Of a DNA stretch of 64,000 nt, positions 46,222-56,505 are shown in pieces. This stretch comes from Coriobacteriia bacterium (GTDB lineage Bacteria > Actinomycetota > Coriobacteriia > Coriobacteriales > Eggerthellaceae), in the NCBI GenBank assembly GCA_030526515.1, contig JAUNCQ010000003.1:6541-70540 (forward strand), written 5' to 3'. The notes under the pieces were generated by a model, which saw only the letters and a list, made by a program, of their open reading frames with translations, made no database searches and was not told the origin of the DNA. Numbering within the stretch: the first letter of the stretch is position 1; each line of letters starts with the position of its first letter. Position numbers and translations under genes: made by a program.

Positions 46222-48126
46222 CTACTCGCCCAGCTTCTCAGCAGCTTCCAGCCACTCCATCTCCAGCTCATCCAGCTTGTCCTGCAGGTCGCGGATCTGA
46301 TCCTGCACCGCGGTCAGCGCCAGGTAGTCGGACGGGTCCACCTGGGTCATCTCCTCCTCCTTGGCGGCGATCTTCTTGCGCAGGGTGTCCATCTTGCGAT
46401 CGTTGGAGTCCATGAGCTTGCGCAGGGCGCGGATCTCGCCGCCGGACAGCTTGGGCTTTGCGGGCTCGTTTTCGTCCGCTTGCTCCGTTTCCAACGGGGC
46501 GAAGCCCAGCTCCGCCAGCAGATCGCCCGCCAGCGGGTCGGCCGCAGGGGCGCCGGTCTTGATGAAGCTCTTGGGCGCGCCCTCCTGCTCCTGGCGCCAC
46601 TCGCGCTCGCCCATGATCTGCAGGTACTGGTCAACGCCGCCGGGCAGGTGCTGCAGCTTGCCGTCGATGAGCGCGTACTGGTGGTCCGTGACGCGCTCCA
46701 TCAGGTAACGGTCGTGGGTGACCAGCACCAGCGTGCCGGGCCAACCGTCCAGCAGGCTTTCCACCTGGGCCAGCATGTCCACGTCCAGGTCGTTGCCGGG
46801 CTCGTCCAGGATGAGCACGTTGGGCTCCTCCAGCAGGATCATCATGAGCGCCAGGCGACGCTTCTGGCCGCCGGACAGGTCGTGGACGCGCTCGTTCAGG
46901 TCGGCGTTGGTGAAGCCCAGGCTCTCCAGGAGCTGGGCGGGGGTCATCTCACGGCCGTCCAGCATGGTGCGGCGGGTGAAGCGGCCGGTGACCTGGCGGA
47001 CGCGCTCGTCGGGGTGGCAGTCCTTCAGGTTGTCCAGGTGCTGGGACAGCACGGCAAAGCGGACGGTCTTGCCGATCTTCACGTTGCCGGCGCGCAGGGG
47101 CTGCAGGCCCTGGATGACCCGCAGCAGGGTGGTCTTGCCAGCGCCGTTTTCGCCGATGAGGCCGAAACGGTCGCCCGGGCCGATCATCCAGGTAACGTCG
47201 CTCAGCACGGTCTTGCCGGGGACGCCGTCGGATTCGTCGAAGCGCACGGTCACGTTGTTCACGTCCACGCACTGCTTGCCCAGGCGGGCCATGGCCATGC
47301 GCTTCAGCTCCAGCTCGTTGCGGAGCTCCGGCACGTCAGCGATGAGCTCACGGGCGGCCTTGACGTGGAACTTGGGCTTGGTGGCACGGGCGCGGGCGCC
47401 GCGGGAAAGCCATGCCAGCTCGCGACGAAGCTGGTTTTGGCGCTTTTCCTCAGCCAGGGCAGCCAGGCGGTCGCGCTCCACGCGCTGCATGATGTAGGCG
47501 GAGAAGCCGCCCTCGAAGGGCTCGACCACGCCGTCGTGGACCTCCCACATCTGCAGGCAGACCTCGTCCAGGAACCAGCGGTCGTGGGTGACCACCAGCA
47601 GCGCGCCCACGCCGGGCTTCCAGCGGGTCTTCAGGTGGTTGGCCAGCCAGGTGATGGCGCGCATGTCCAGGTGGTTGGTGGGCTCGTCCAGCATGAGCAC
47701 GTCCCAGTCGCCCACCAGCAGGCGGGCCAGGTCCACGCGACGGCGCTGGCCGCCGGACAGGGTGCCGACCTTGGCCTCCCAGTCGATGTCCGAGATCAGC
47801 CCCGCCAGGATGCTGCGGGTGCGCACGTTGCTGGCCCATTCGTACTCGGGGGCGTCGCCGACCACAGCGCGATGGACGGTGTCGTCGTCGCGCAGGTCGT
47901 CGCCCTGGCCCAGCACGCCCACGGTCACGCGGCGGGTGCGGACCACGCGGCCCTCGTCGGGCTCCAGCTGCTCGGACAGCAGCGTGAGCAGGGTGGACTT
48001 GCCGTCTCCGTTTCGTCCTACAATGCCAATGCGCGCGCCTTCGTCCACGCCCAGCGACAAGTCCTTGAAGACCTGCTTGGTGGGAAAGTCGACGCGGACC
48101 TTTTCGCAACCTAACATAAACGCCAT
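46222..48126 (-). CDS. ABC-F family ATPase (Uup-like, two ABC domains plus C-terminal coiled coil)
   Basis: Two Walker A motifs (GRNGDGKST and GENGAGKTT), two LSGGQ signature motifs, an inter-domain linker and a coiled-coil tail. RBS AAGGAG. Confidence 0.85.
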   Translation of the reverse strand: MAFMLGCEKVRVDFPTKQVFKDLSLGVDEGARIGIVGRNGDGKSTLLTLLSEQLEPDEGRVVRTRRVTVGVLGQGDDLRDDDTVHRAVVGDAPEYEWASNVRTRSILAGLISDIDWEAKVGTLSGGQRRRVDLARLLVGDWDVLMLDEPTNHLDMRAITWLANHLKTRWKPGVGALLVVTHDRWFLDEVCLQMWEVHDGVVEPFEGGFSAYIMQRVERDRLAALAEEKRQNQLRRELAWLSRGARARATKPKFHVKAARELIADVPELRNELELKRMAMARLGKQCVDVNNVTVRFDESDGVPGKTVLSDVTWMIGPGDRFGLIGENGAGKTTLLRVIQGLQPLRAGNVKIGKTVRFAVLSQHLDNLKDCHPDERVRQVTGRFTRRTMLDGREMTPAQLLESLGFTNADLNERVHDLSGGQKRRLALMMILLEEPNVLILDEPGNDLDVDMLAQVESLLDGWPGTLVLVTHDRYLMERVTDHQYALIDGKLQHLPGGVDQYLQIMGEREWRQEQEGAPKSFIKTGAPAADPLAGDLLAELGFAPLETEQADENEPAKPKLSGGEIRALRKLMDSNDRKMDTLRKKIAAKEEEMTQVDPSDYLALTAVQDQIRDLQDKLDELEMEWLEAAEKLGE

Positions 48127-48294
48127 GTGTGAGCTCCTTGCGGCTCCGAATGCTTGAGTGTTTCCCGCTGATTATACGGCTTCGACGGCCCGGCGCGCCG
48201 CGTCACTTCCGCCAGCGCCCGCCGCCACGGCCGTGCCACGACCACGTCGCCGCCACACCGCAGCCTCGCCACGGTCGCGCCGTCGCCCGTGCCC

Positions 48295-49671
48295 CTAGCG
48301 TATGCGCAACACAATGACCGCCAGCATGACCAGGGCGAAAACCGCCGAGAACCCGAACGCGCCCTGATACGCCAGCGCCTCCGACACGCCCCACGCGTCG
48401 GCCGAGCCCAGCACCAGGTAGATGATGGCCACCATGACGGCCGTGCCCAGGGACGCGCACGCCTGCCTGACCAGCACGATGAACGAGCTGCCGTCCATGG
48501 CGATTCCTCGCGGCAGCTCCGACAGGCCATAGCTCATGGTGGGCCCGATCAGCGCGCCCATGCCCACGCCGCGGATGCCCTGGAACAGCATGGGATACCA
48601 CAGCGGCGTCTGGGCATCCATGGGCACCATGGCCACGGCGCCCACCGCCATGCACACGCCGCCGAACAGCGCCACCGGCCGCACGCCCAGCCGATCGGTC
48701 AGCACGCCGCAGACGGGGTTCACGAACAGCGCCGCCACCGTGGCCGGCACAAACACCAGACCCGCGTCAACCGCCGTGCCGCCGCACAGCCCCTGCACGT
48801 ACAGCGGCACCACCAGCGTGATGCCCATGTACGACGTGGTCAGCGCGTTCTGCACCACGAACGTGGAGCGGAACCGCTGCGATTGGAAGATGTCCAGGTT
48901 GATCAGCGGGTTGTCCACGCGCCGCTGCCTTGTCAGGAACAGCACCACGAACACCGCGCCGACCAGCAAGGGTCCCAGGACGAAAACGCTGGTCAGACCC
49001 ATGCCCGACGCGTTGGAGAACGCCAGCAGCACGCCGCCGAAGCCCAGCGTCGAAAACACGAACGACAGGCCGTCGAAAGGAGTGCGGACACCGCCGTCCT
49101 CTCGCGGGATCACCGCCAGCGCGGCTACGACCAGCAGCGCGCTCAAGGCCAGCAGCAGCACGAAGAAGCTGCGCCAGCCCCAGGCATCGGCCATGATGCC
49201 GCCCAGCACGGGCCCGATGTTCGGGGCAAAGCCCAGCGCAATTCCCGCCACGCCCATGGCGGTGGCCTTCTGACCTGCGGGGAAACGCACCTGCGCGATG
49301 GCCTGCACCAGCGGCATGGTGATGCCCGCGCTCACCGCCTGCAGCACGCGGCCTGCGAACATGACGGGGAAGCTGGATGCCAGCAAGCCCGCCACGGAGC
49401 CGGCCAGGAACAATGCCAGCGCAATGAGCATGAGCTGGCGCGTGCAGAAGCGACGGGAAAGGAACGTCACCGCCGGCACCGTGATGCCCAGCACCAGCAT
49501 ATAAATGGTGGTGAGCCACTGGCCCGTGCCCGCGGTTATGCCGAAGTCCGCATCCACTGCCGTCAGCATGGAGCTGACCGCGGTCTGGGACAGGTTGCCC
49601 ATGGCGGTGGTCAGCACCACCACGGCGAACATCAGGTATAGGGGCAGGTTGCTCTTGGGAGCGGTTTCCAT
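48295..49671 (-). CDS. MFS transporter (DHA2/EmrB-QacA-like, about 14 TM)
   Basis: Hydrophobic throughout, with MFS-typical motifs (LTDRLGVRP). RBS AAGGA. Confidence 0.8.
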   Translation of the reverse strand: METAPKSNLPLYLMFAVVVLTTAMGNLSQTAVSSMLTAVDADFGITAGTGQWLTTIYMLVLGITVPAVTFLSRRFCTRQLMLIALALFLAGSVAGLLASSFPVMFAGRVLQAVSAGITMPLVQAIAQVRFPAGQKATAMGVAGIALGFAPNIGPVLGGIMADAWGWRSFFVLLLALSALLVVAALAVIPREDGGVRTPFDGLSFVFSTLGFGGVLLAFSNASGMGLTSVFVLGPLLVGAVFVVLFLTRQRRVDNPLINLDIFQSQRFRSTFVVQNALTTSYMGITLVVPLYVQGLCGGTAVDAGLVFVPATVAALFVNPVCGVLTDRLGVRPVALFGGVCMAVGAVAMVPMDAQTPLWYPMLFQGIRGVGMGALIGPTMSYGLSELPRGIAMDGSSFIVLVRQACASLGTAVMVAIIYLVLGSADAWGVSEALAYQGAFGFSAVFALVMLAVIVLRIR

Positions 49672-49856
49672 GGGGCAATCCTTGGCTCGAAGGGGCTTTC
49701 ATGCGTGGGGGCAGGCCGAGAGCGGCCCGTGCTTTCAAACTGTAGCAAACGAACCCGAATCCATCGGGAACCTAACGGTAATACGGCCAAGAGCGGCGGG
49801 AATTCGCTACAGAAACGCGTAAGTTTCGCCCAAGGTCCGTAGTGTAGGCTTTTCCC

Positions 49857-50879
49857 ATGGCTATCATCCTGTCACATAGCAGCGCCCTTGCGTGGTGGCG
49901 CAACTTCACGGGAAACCCCGACGACCTCCCCGTCGCCGACGTCCGCCGCGCCCTCAACCGCTCCGAAGCCGACCGAAGCGTCGTGGCGTCGCTTGATCGA
50001 CAGGGGCTGCCCCGACCTTTTCAGGTCCTGGTGGAAAGCCGCGGGTCCAAGCTTCGGTCCAGCACCTTCTGGGGCCACAGCACCGACAAGCCGCTGAGCG
50101 GGCTGATCAGGCAGACGGACCTTCCCCAAGTGTTCGTGGTCTGCCCCGAGCTTTGCCTGATGCAGAATGCCACGGGGCTGGATTTCGCCCAACTCATTGA
50201 GCTGGTCTGCGAGTTCCTGGGCGAATACCGCATTATCAGCGAAGACGAGACCCGCTACGACCAACCTCGGCTGTGCAGCAAGGAATCGATCGCCTACGTG
50301 CTTCCCCTTGCCAAGGGAATTCACGGCTCCAATCGAATCCGCGCCGTGCTCAAGCACGCAGAGGAGGGGTCGGCGTCACCTCAGGAAACGCGCTCCTTCC
50401 TCAAGCTGTCGCTCCCCAACAGCCGCGGGGGCCTGAGCGTTTCCCGCATCCTGATGAACCACCCGATTCCCCTTGACCGCAAGAACGCGAAGCTCCTTGG
50501 GAAGGACCATTGCCGCATCGACCTCTACCTGCCCGACCTCAACAGGGGCATCGAGTACGACAGCTACCAGGAACATCTGGGCAAGGCAAGGCACGACGAC
50601 GATGCCATGCGCAGAACGGTCCTCGAGTCGCTGGGCATTCCCGTCAGCGTGCTCACCCATGCACAGACGCAGAGCCCCGAGCTCATGGAAGCGCTGGTCA
50701 AGTCTCTCTACCATGGCACCGGGCGGGTGCTGCGCATTCGTTGCAAGGGGTTCCGCGAAAAGCAGGACAAGCTTTGGAAGCAGCTCGACGGCAAGAAGCC
50801 CCAGCGTCTTTCCGCGGAGGAGGAGTCGTCGGACGAGCTGCAGGTGCCGCTCGAGGTCTACGACACGTGGGCGCCTTAG
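49857..50879 (+). CDS. DUF559/Vsr-like endonuclease-fold protein, paralogue B
   Basis: MAIILSHSSALAWWR... compares with MAIVLSHSSALAWWR... in paralogue A. The two are collinear over the full length and, by eye, identical at more than half of positions. No clear RBS. Confidence 0.6.
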   Translation: MAIILSHSSALAWWRNFTGNPDDLPVADVRRALNRSEADRSVVASLDRQGLPRPFQVLVESRGSKLRSSTFWGHSTDKPLSGLIRQTDLPQVFVVCPELCLMQNATGLDFAQLIELVCEFLGEYRIISEDETRYDQPRLCSKESIAYVLPLAKGIHGSNRIRAVLKHAEEGSASPQETRSFLKLSLPNSRGGLSVSRILMNHPIPLDRKNAKLLGKDHCRIDLYLPDLNRGIEYDSYQEHLGKARHDDDAMRRTVLESLGIPVSVLTHAQTQSPELMEALVKSLYHGTGRVLRIRCKGFREKQDKLWKQLDGKKPQRLSAEEESSDELQVPLEVYDTWAP

Positions 50880-51014
50880 CGTATCGCGCCCCGCGCCTCC
50901 AGCCGCACTTCGCTGCCAACCGCGCACCGCGCGCCACGCCTCTCACTACCAACCGCGGCCCGCTATGCCAACCGTGCCTCCCAAGGCGAACCGCGCCCCG
51001 CGCTGCCAACCGTC

Positions 51015-51232
51015 AAAGAATCGGTAGCGAGTCGGCTTCCGCTCGACGGATTATGCAAAACTGGTAGACTCCGGCGCCCGGCAAGGGTCCTGTTTGCCCA
51101 CGTCGCTGACAATTCCTGGATTATTTACACCCATTCTTCCCTGGATGGCATCAAGTCAAAGAAGCCGCGCCCACGAACCTACCAGTTTCCATCTTTTCGC
51201 CCGGCAGAAGCGCCGGCGCTACCGATTCTTGC
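51015..51232. repeat. Nested-inverted-repeat intergenic element, copy 3
   Basis: AATCGGTAGCGAGTCGGCTT...CGACGGATTATGCAAAACTGGTAG ... core ATTATTTACACCCATTCTTCC ... CCTACCAGTTT ... GCTACCGATTC. Confidence 0.8.
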
Positions 51233-51484
51233 CGCGTTGGCATGGCCCCGAGCCCGGCTCAGCCGCACGCCCTGCGCCTCCCGCCCGCGCACCCCGGCCC
51301 CTCAGCGGCAGCGCACTCCCCGCCCGCGCCACCCCGCGCACGCCCGCGCGCCACCCGCACGCCACCCTGCGGTGTGCGCTTTTCCCGCAGTTTCTCGTTT
51401 CCCCGCCCCGCGCCCCCGCAAGCACGATAAAATCACTCCAAAGGCGAAAATCCCGCCTGCCACCCTCCACGAAAGGAGACTCTC

Positions 51485-52855
51485 ATGGGCCTCATTGCTG
51501 CAGCAACCGGTGCACTGGGCGGCGTCCTTGCCGATCAGTACAAGGAATACTTCTACTGCGATTCCATGCCCCCCGAAGTCCTCATGACCAAGGGCAAGCG
51601 CCACACCAGCGAGCGCGCTACCAACAAGGGCAGCGAAAACATCATCACCAACGGCTCCGTCATCGCGGTCAACGAAGGCCAGGCCATGGCAATCGTGAGC
51701 CAGGGCAAGATCGTGGAGTTCACCGCCGAGCCCGGCGCCTTCAAGTGGGAGGGCTCCACCGAGCCGTCCATCTTCACCGGCGACCTGGCCCAGGGCATCA
51801 TGGACACCGTCCAGCGCTTCGCCGACCGCTTCACCTTCGGCGCCGACACCGGCGCTGACCAGCGCGTCTACTTCTTCAACCTGAAGGAGATCATGGGCAA
51901 CAAGTACGGCACGCCCACTCCCATCCCCTTCCGCGTGGTGGACCGCAACGTCAACCTGGACATTGACATCTCCGTCCGTTGCAACGGCGAATACTCCTAC
52001 AAGATCGTCGACCCGCTGCTGTTCTACATCAACGTGGCCAGCAACGTCACCGACACCTACACCCGCGACCAGCTTGACTCCCAGATGCGCACCGAGCTGC
52101 TGGCCGTCATGCAGGACGCCTTCAGCGCCATCAGCGAAAAGGGCGTCCGCTACAGCGCCATCCCGGCTCACACCACCGAGCTGTGCGAGATCCTGGACCA
52201 GAAGCTGTCCCCCAAGTGGACCGAGCTCCGCGGCATCAAGATCGTCAGCTTCGGCATGAACTCCATCTCGGCCTCCGAGGAAGACCAGGAGCGCATCAAG
52301 AACCTGCAGATGGCAGGCGCGCTGCGAGACGAAAACATGCGCGCGGGCTCCATGGCCGCCGCCACCGCGGACGCCATGCGCATCGCCGCCGGCAACGAGG
52401 CCGGCGCCATGACCGGCTTCATGGGCATGGGCTTTGCCAACATGACCGGCCAGCAGATGGGCCAGACCATGTACTCCCCCAACGCCGGCGCCGGCTACGT
52501 GCCCACCAACAACTACCCCGTGGCCGCTGACGGCGGCTTCGGCGCGGCAACCCGCAACCAGCCCGCAGCCGCAGCAGCCCCCGCCGGCTGGACCTGCTCC
52601 TGCGGCGCCACCAGCACCGGCAACTTCTGTGCAGAGTGCGGCTCCCCCAAGCCCGCCGACCCGGCTGGCTGGACCTGCAGCTGCGGCGCCGTCAACCAGG
52701 GCAAGTTCTGCCCCGAGTGCGGCAGCCCCAAGCCTGCCGGCGCCCTGCAGTACCGCTGCGACAAGTGCGGCTGGCAGCCGGAGGACCCGGCCAACCCGCC
52801 CAAGTTCTGCCCCGAATGCGGCGACCCCTTCGGTGACGAGGACGTCGTGAGGTAG
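51485..52855 (+). CDS. SPFH/band-7-like domain protein with three C-terminal zinc ribbons
   Basis: The N-terminal ~330 aa are SPFH-like. The C-terminus carries GWTCSCGA...FCxECGSPKPA twice, plus YRCDKCGW...FCPECGDPF. RBS GAAAGGAGA. Confidence 0.7.
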   Translation: MGLIAAATGALGGVLADQYKEYFYCDSMPPEVLMTKGKRHTSERATNKGSENIITNGSVIAVNEGQAMAIVSQGKIVEFTAEPGAFKWEGSTEPSIFTGDLAQGIMDTVQRFADRFTFGADTGADQRVYFFNLKEIMGNKYGTPTPIPFRVVDRNVNLDIDISVRCNGEYSYKIVDPLLFYINVASNVTDTYTRDQLDSQMRTELLAVMQDAFSAISEKGVRYSAIPAHTTELCEILDQKLSPKWTELRGIKIVSFGMNSISASEEDQERIKNLQMAGALRDENMRAGSMAAATADAMRIAAGNEAGAMTGFMGMGFANMTGQQMGQTMYSPNAGAGYVPTNNYPVAADGGFGAATRNQPAAAAAPAGWTCSCGATSTGNFCAECGSPKPADPAGWTCSCGAVNQGKFCPECGSPKPAGALQYRCDKCGWQPEDPANPPKFCPECGDPFGDEDVVR

Positions 52856-52879
52856 CACTCGCCCACCCCATACAACAAA

Positions 52880-52917
52880 GTGCCCGGACCCCCAAGGATC
52901 CGGGCACTTTCAGTTTC
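52880..52917 (+). terminator. Rho-independent terminator
   Basis: Stem GTGCCCGGA / TCCGGGCAC followed by TTTCAGTTTC. Confidence 0.7.
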
Positions 52918-53065
52918 AGGACGAAATTTAGGCCGCAAGGGACGAAACCGGGGACGAAACCGCCGCCAGTCGCAAACGGCCCGGTGCGAACCGCCGCCAG
53001 CCTCAGGCCGCCCGGCGAAAACCACCCGGCGCGAACCGCCGCCGCGGGCCATCGCAGCCGCAGCC

Positions 53066-53623
53066 CTAGTTGAACTTCTGCTGCGTCTTCTCCAGGCCGT
53101 TCTGCACCAGGAACAGCGTGGCCTCGGCGGCCAGGTCCGTGGCCTGGGCAAAGTCGTCGGCCTGCTCCTTCTTGGGCAGGCTCAGCACGTAGTCGGCCAC
53201 CGGCATGCGTCCCGGCGGGCGGCCGATGCCGCAGCGCACGCGGAACCAGTCGCGGGTGCCCAGCTTGTCACAGATGGAACGCAGGCCGTTGTGACCCGCA
53301 TGGCCACCGCCGAACTTGCAGCGGATAGTGCCAGGGTCAATGTCCAGCTCGTCATGGATCACGATCAGATGGTCCGGCTGGATCTTGTACGTGGACATGA
53401 GGGTCTTCACCGGGCCGCCGCTGGTGTTCATGTAGCTCTGCGGCTTGGCCAGGATCAGCTCCTCGCCCCGATACTCACCCTTGCCCACCAGCGCGCCGCC
53501 CTGGGACTTCCAATAGCGCACGCCAATCTCCTCCGCGATCTTGTCCACGGTGTCGAAGCCGGCGTTGTGGCGCGTATGCGCGTAATCTTCGCCCGGATTA
53601 CCCAGGCCAGCGATCAGGTACAA
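53066..53623 (-). CDS. pth: Peptidyl-tRNA hydrolase
   Basis: YLIAGLGNPG..Y..TRHNAGF...GHNGLRS. TTG start preceded by GAGGAGGG. Confidence 0.9.
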   Translation of the reverse strand: MYLIAGLGNPGEDYAHTRHNAGFDTVDKIAEEIGVRYWKSQGGALVGKGEYRGEELILAKPQSYMNTSGGPVKTLMSTYKIQPDHLIVIHDELDIDPGTIRCKFGGGHAGHNGLRSICDKLGTRDWFRVRCGIGRPPGRMPVADYVLSLPKKEQADDFAQATDLAAEATLFLVQNGLEKTQQKFN

Positions 53624-53733
53624 AGCGTTCCCTCCTCAGGGGACGAAAAACATTCGGTCGAAAAAGTCAGCGAGCGCCCCAGCACGGGGCGCTCGCCAGT
53701 CAGCCGCGCGGCCCAGCGGGCCCCGCGACGAAG

Positions 53734-54717
53734 CTACAGGCTCATCTCGAACAGGCTGGAGATGGACTTGCCGTCATAGGTGCGACGGATGCCCTTGGCG
53801 ATCAGCGGGGCAACGGACACGACCTTGATTTTGCCGGTCTGACGATCCTCGGGAACGGGGATGGTGTCGCAGACCACGACTTCCTTGATGTCGGCGTTCT
53901 CCAGGCGCTCGTAGGCCGGGCCGCTGAAGACCGGATGGGTGGCGCACACGTACACGTCCTCGGCGCCCTTGTTCTTCAGGGTGTTGACGGCAGCGACCAC
54001 GGAGCCCGCGGTGTCGATCATGTCGTCGTTCAGGATGCAGATCTTGCCGGCAACGTCACCGATCAGCGCGGTGATCTCGGCCTTGTTGTGGCCCGGACGA
54101 CCCTTGTGCATGATGGCCAGGTCGGCTTCCATCATGTCGCTGAACTTCTTGGCAGCCTTGGCGCGTCCCACGTCGGGGCTGACAATGCACAGCTTGTCAG
54201 AGGGCAGGTTCTTGGACTTGAAGTAGTCAACCAGGATCGGCAGAGCGGTCAGGTGGTCGACGGGGATGTCGAAGTAGCCCTGGATCTGGCCCACATGCAG
54301 GTCAATGGACATGACGCGGGTCACGCCGGCAACCTGCAGCAGGTCAGCCACCAGCTTGGCGGTGATGGGCTCGCGGGAGGCAGCCTTGCGGTCCTGGCGT
54401 GCGTAGCCGTAGTGGGCGACCACGGCGGTGATGGAGCGAGCGGATGCGCGCTTGGCGGCGTCCACCATGATCAGCAGCTCCATGAGTGCGTCGTTGACGT
54501 CGAAGTCGTGGGATGCGGAGTCGCACACGGACTGAATCAGGAACACGTCAGCCCCGCGGATGCTCTCCAGGTAGCGAGCGTAGATTTCGCCATTGCTGAA
54601 CTTTTCCAGACGAACGTTGCCCAGCTCAATGCCGAGCTCCTTGGAAATCTTCTGGGCCAGAGAGGGGTTAACGGAACCGGAGAAAACAGCCATCCTGCGC
54701 TGCTGAGTATCCGCCAT
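53734..54717 (-). CDS. prs: Ribose-phosphate pyrophosphokinase
   Basis: ...FSNGE...YARQDRK...DLH..QIQGFF.. and the PRPP-binding loop ILNDDMIDTAGS. RBS GAAGGAG precedes the ATG at 54717. Confidence 0.9.
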   Translation of the reverse strand: MADTQQRRMAVFSGSVNPSLAQKISKELGIELGNVRLEKFSNGEIYARYLESIRGADVFLIQSVCDSASHDFDVNDALMELLIMVDAAKRASARSITAVVAHYGYARQDRKAASREPITAKLVADLLQVAGVTRVMSIDLHVGQIQGYFDIPVDHLTALPILVDYFKSKNLPSDKLCIVSPDVGRAKAAKKFSDMMEADLAIMHKGRPGHNKAEITALIGDVAGKICILNDDMIDTAGSVVAAVNTLKNKGAEDVYVCATHPVFSGPAYERLENADIKEVVVCDTIPVPEDRQTGKIKVVSVAPLIAKGIRRTYDGKSISSLFEMSL

Positions 54718-54818
54718 AGTTGATGCTCCTTCGTGTGTGCGCAAGGGACCGCGGCCCCCTGCTTTTTACATACCTTTGCGTATTGTACCGTGAGCAGGCC
54801 CGAATGGGGCCCGCGGGT

Positions 54819-56198
54819 CTATTCTTGTTCCAGCTTCTTGCGGCGCTTCGCGGCCCAGCCCTCCACGCAGCGCTGATCGGAGCGCTCCAGGGCCAGCGCG
54901 TCGGCCGGCACATCCTTGGTGATGCAGGACGCCGCGCCAACGACCGCGCCCGCGCCGATGCTCACCGGGGCCACCATCATGGTGTCGGACCCGATGAACG
55001 CGCCGTCGCCGATGACCGTGGCGTGCTTGTGCTTGCCGTCGTAGTTGCAGGTGATGGAGCCGGCGCCTATGTTCACGCCCGCGCCGATGGTGCAGTCGCC
55101 GATGTAGCTCAGATGCGGCACCTTGGATCCTTCGCCCACCGTGGACTTCTTGATCTCAACGTGGGTGCCCACATGCGCGTTGGCGCACAGATGGGCGCCC
55201 GGGCGCAGGTAGGCGCGGGGACCCGCGTTGGCGCCGTCGTCGATCACGGCGTCCAGCGCCACGACCTCCTGCAGCACGCAGCCCTGGCCCACCTGGGTGT
55301 TGGTCAGGCGGGTGTTGGGGCCGATCACGCTGTCTTCGCCAATGACCGTGCTCCCCCACAGCATGACCTGGGGCAGCAGCTCCACGTCCTGGGCAATCTG
55401 CACGTCGGGGCCGATCCAGACCTGGTCGGGGTCGGTCATGGTCACGCCGTTTGCCATGTGGGCGAAATTGATGCGGCGCTGCAGCTGCTTGCCGGCGGCA
55501 GCCAGCTGCGCGCGGGAGTTCACGCCCAGGCACTCGGCGGGGTCGTCGGTGACCAGGGCCATGACCTTGCGGCCGGCCTCGCGGCAGATGCCCAGCACGT
55601 CGGTCAGGTAGAACTCGCCCTGGGCGTTGTTGTTGCTGACCTGGGTCAGGGCGTCGAACAGCGCGCGGGCATCAAAGCAGTAGAAGCCGGAGTTGCACTC
55701 GGTGACGGCGGCTTCCTCGGGGGTGGCGTCCTTCTGCTCCACGATGCGGGCCACTTCGCCCTGCTCGTCGCGGATGATACGGCCGTAGCCGAAGGGGTCG
55801 TCCATCTCCATGGTCAGCACCACCACGGCGGCGTCGTTTGCCTCACGCAGCTCCACCAGGCGCTGGATGGTCTGGGGCGTGATCAGGGGACTGTCGCCGG
55901 TCAGGACCACCAGGGATCCGTCGAAGTCAGCCAGCGCGTCACGGCACACGTTCACGGCACCCGCCGTGCCGTTGCGGTCCGCCTGCTCCACGGGAGTGGT
56001 GTCCTGGGCCACCAGCGGCTCCACCTGCTCCTTCAGATGGCCCACCACGGTGACCACCCGCTCGATCCCGGCGGCATGGGCGGCGTCGACCACCCAGCGG
56101 ACCAGGGGCTTGCCCAACACCTCGTGGGCAACCTTGGGCTTCTTGGACTTCATGCGGGTGCCGGCGCCGGCGGCCAGCACGATGGCAGCAGTGTTCAT
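54819..56198 (-). CDS. glmU: Bifunctional UDP-GlcNAc pyrophosphorylase / GlcN-1-P N-acetyltransferase
   Basis: The N-terminus LAAGAGTRMKS is followed by left-handed beta-helix hexapeptide repeats at the C-terminus. Confidence 0.9.
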   Translation of the reverse strand: MNTAAIVLAAGAGTRMKSKKPKVAHEVLGKPLVRWVVDAAHAAGIERVVTVVGHLKEQVEPLVAQDTTPVEQADRNGTAGAVNVCRDALADFDGSLVVLTGDSPLITPQTIQRLVELREANDAAVVVLTMEMDDPFGYGRIIRDEQGEVARIVEQKDATPEEAAVTECNSGFYCFDARALFDALTQVSNNNAQGEFYLTDVLGICREAGRKVMALVTDDPAECLGVNSRAQLAAAGKQLQRRINFAHMANGVTMTDPDQVWIGPDVQIAQDVELLPQVMLWGSTVIGEDSVIGPNTRLTNTQVGQGCVLQEVVALDAVIDDGANAGPRAYLRPGAHLCANAHVGTHVEIKKSTVGEGSKVPHLSYIGDCTIGAGVNIGAGSITCNYDGKHKHATVIGDGAFIGSDTMMVAPVSIGAGAVVGAASCITKDVPADALALERSDQRCVEGWAAKRRKKLEQE

Positions 56199-56505
56199 AT
56201 GAGACGCACCCCTTAGGCGAGTTCGTTTTCCAGTGGCTATGAGTATACAGCGGGCGAAACAAACTGCCGCGTCAATGCGGTGTGCGGCAAGCCCTACACA
56301 AACTATTCAAAACCGCGTTTTCCCAGGTCAAACCAGCACACGGGTACTGGCGTATCTACTTCTGGCACTATCTTTCGCCCTGAAGATGAGCTATGCTGGG
56401 ACTATCAAAACAGCAGGGAAGGGAGGCTGATGGCGAGGATCTGAAGGTTTTCGCAAGACGCGCCCGAACCCTGCTTTTTTATTGGACACGGTTGAAGGAG
56501 CCACT

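Noticed and set aside
43680-51240. Genomic island integrated at tRNA-Sec.
   Set aside because: The window contains no integrase, excisionase or transposase and no duplicated 3' tRNA fragment. The idea is kept only as a hypothesis under the paralogue and repeat findings.
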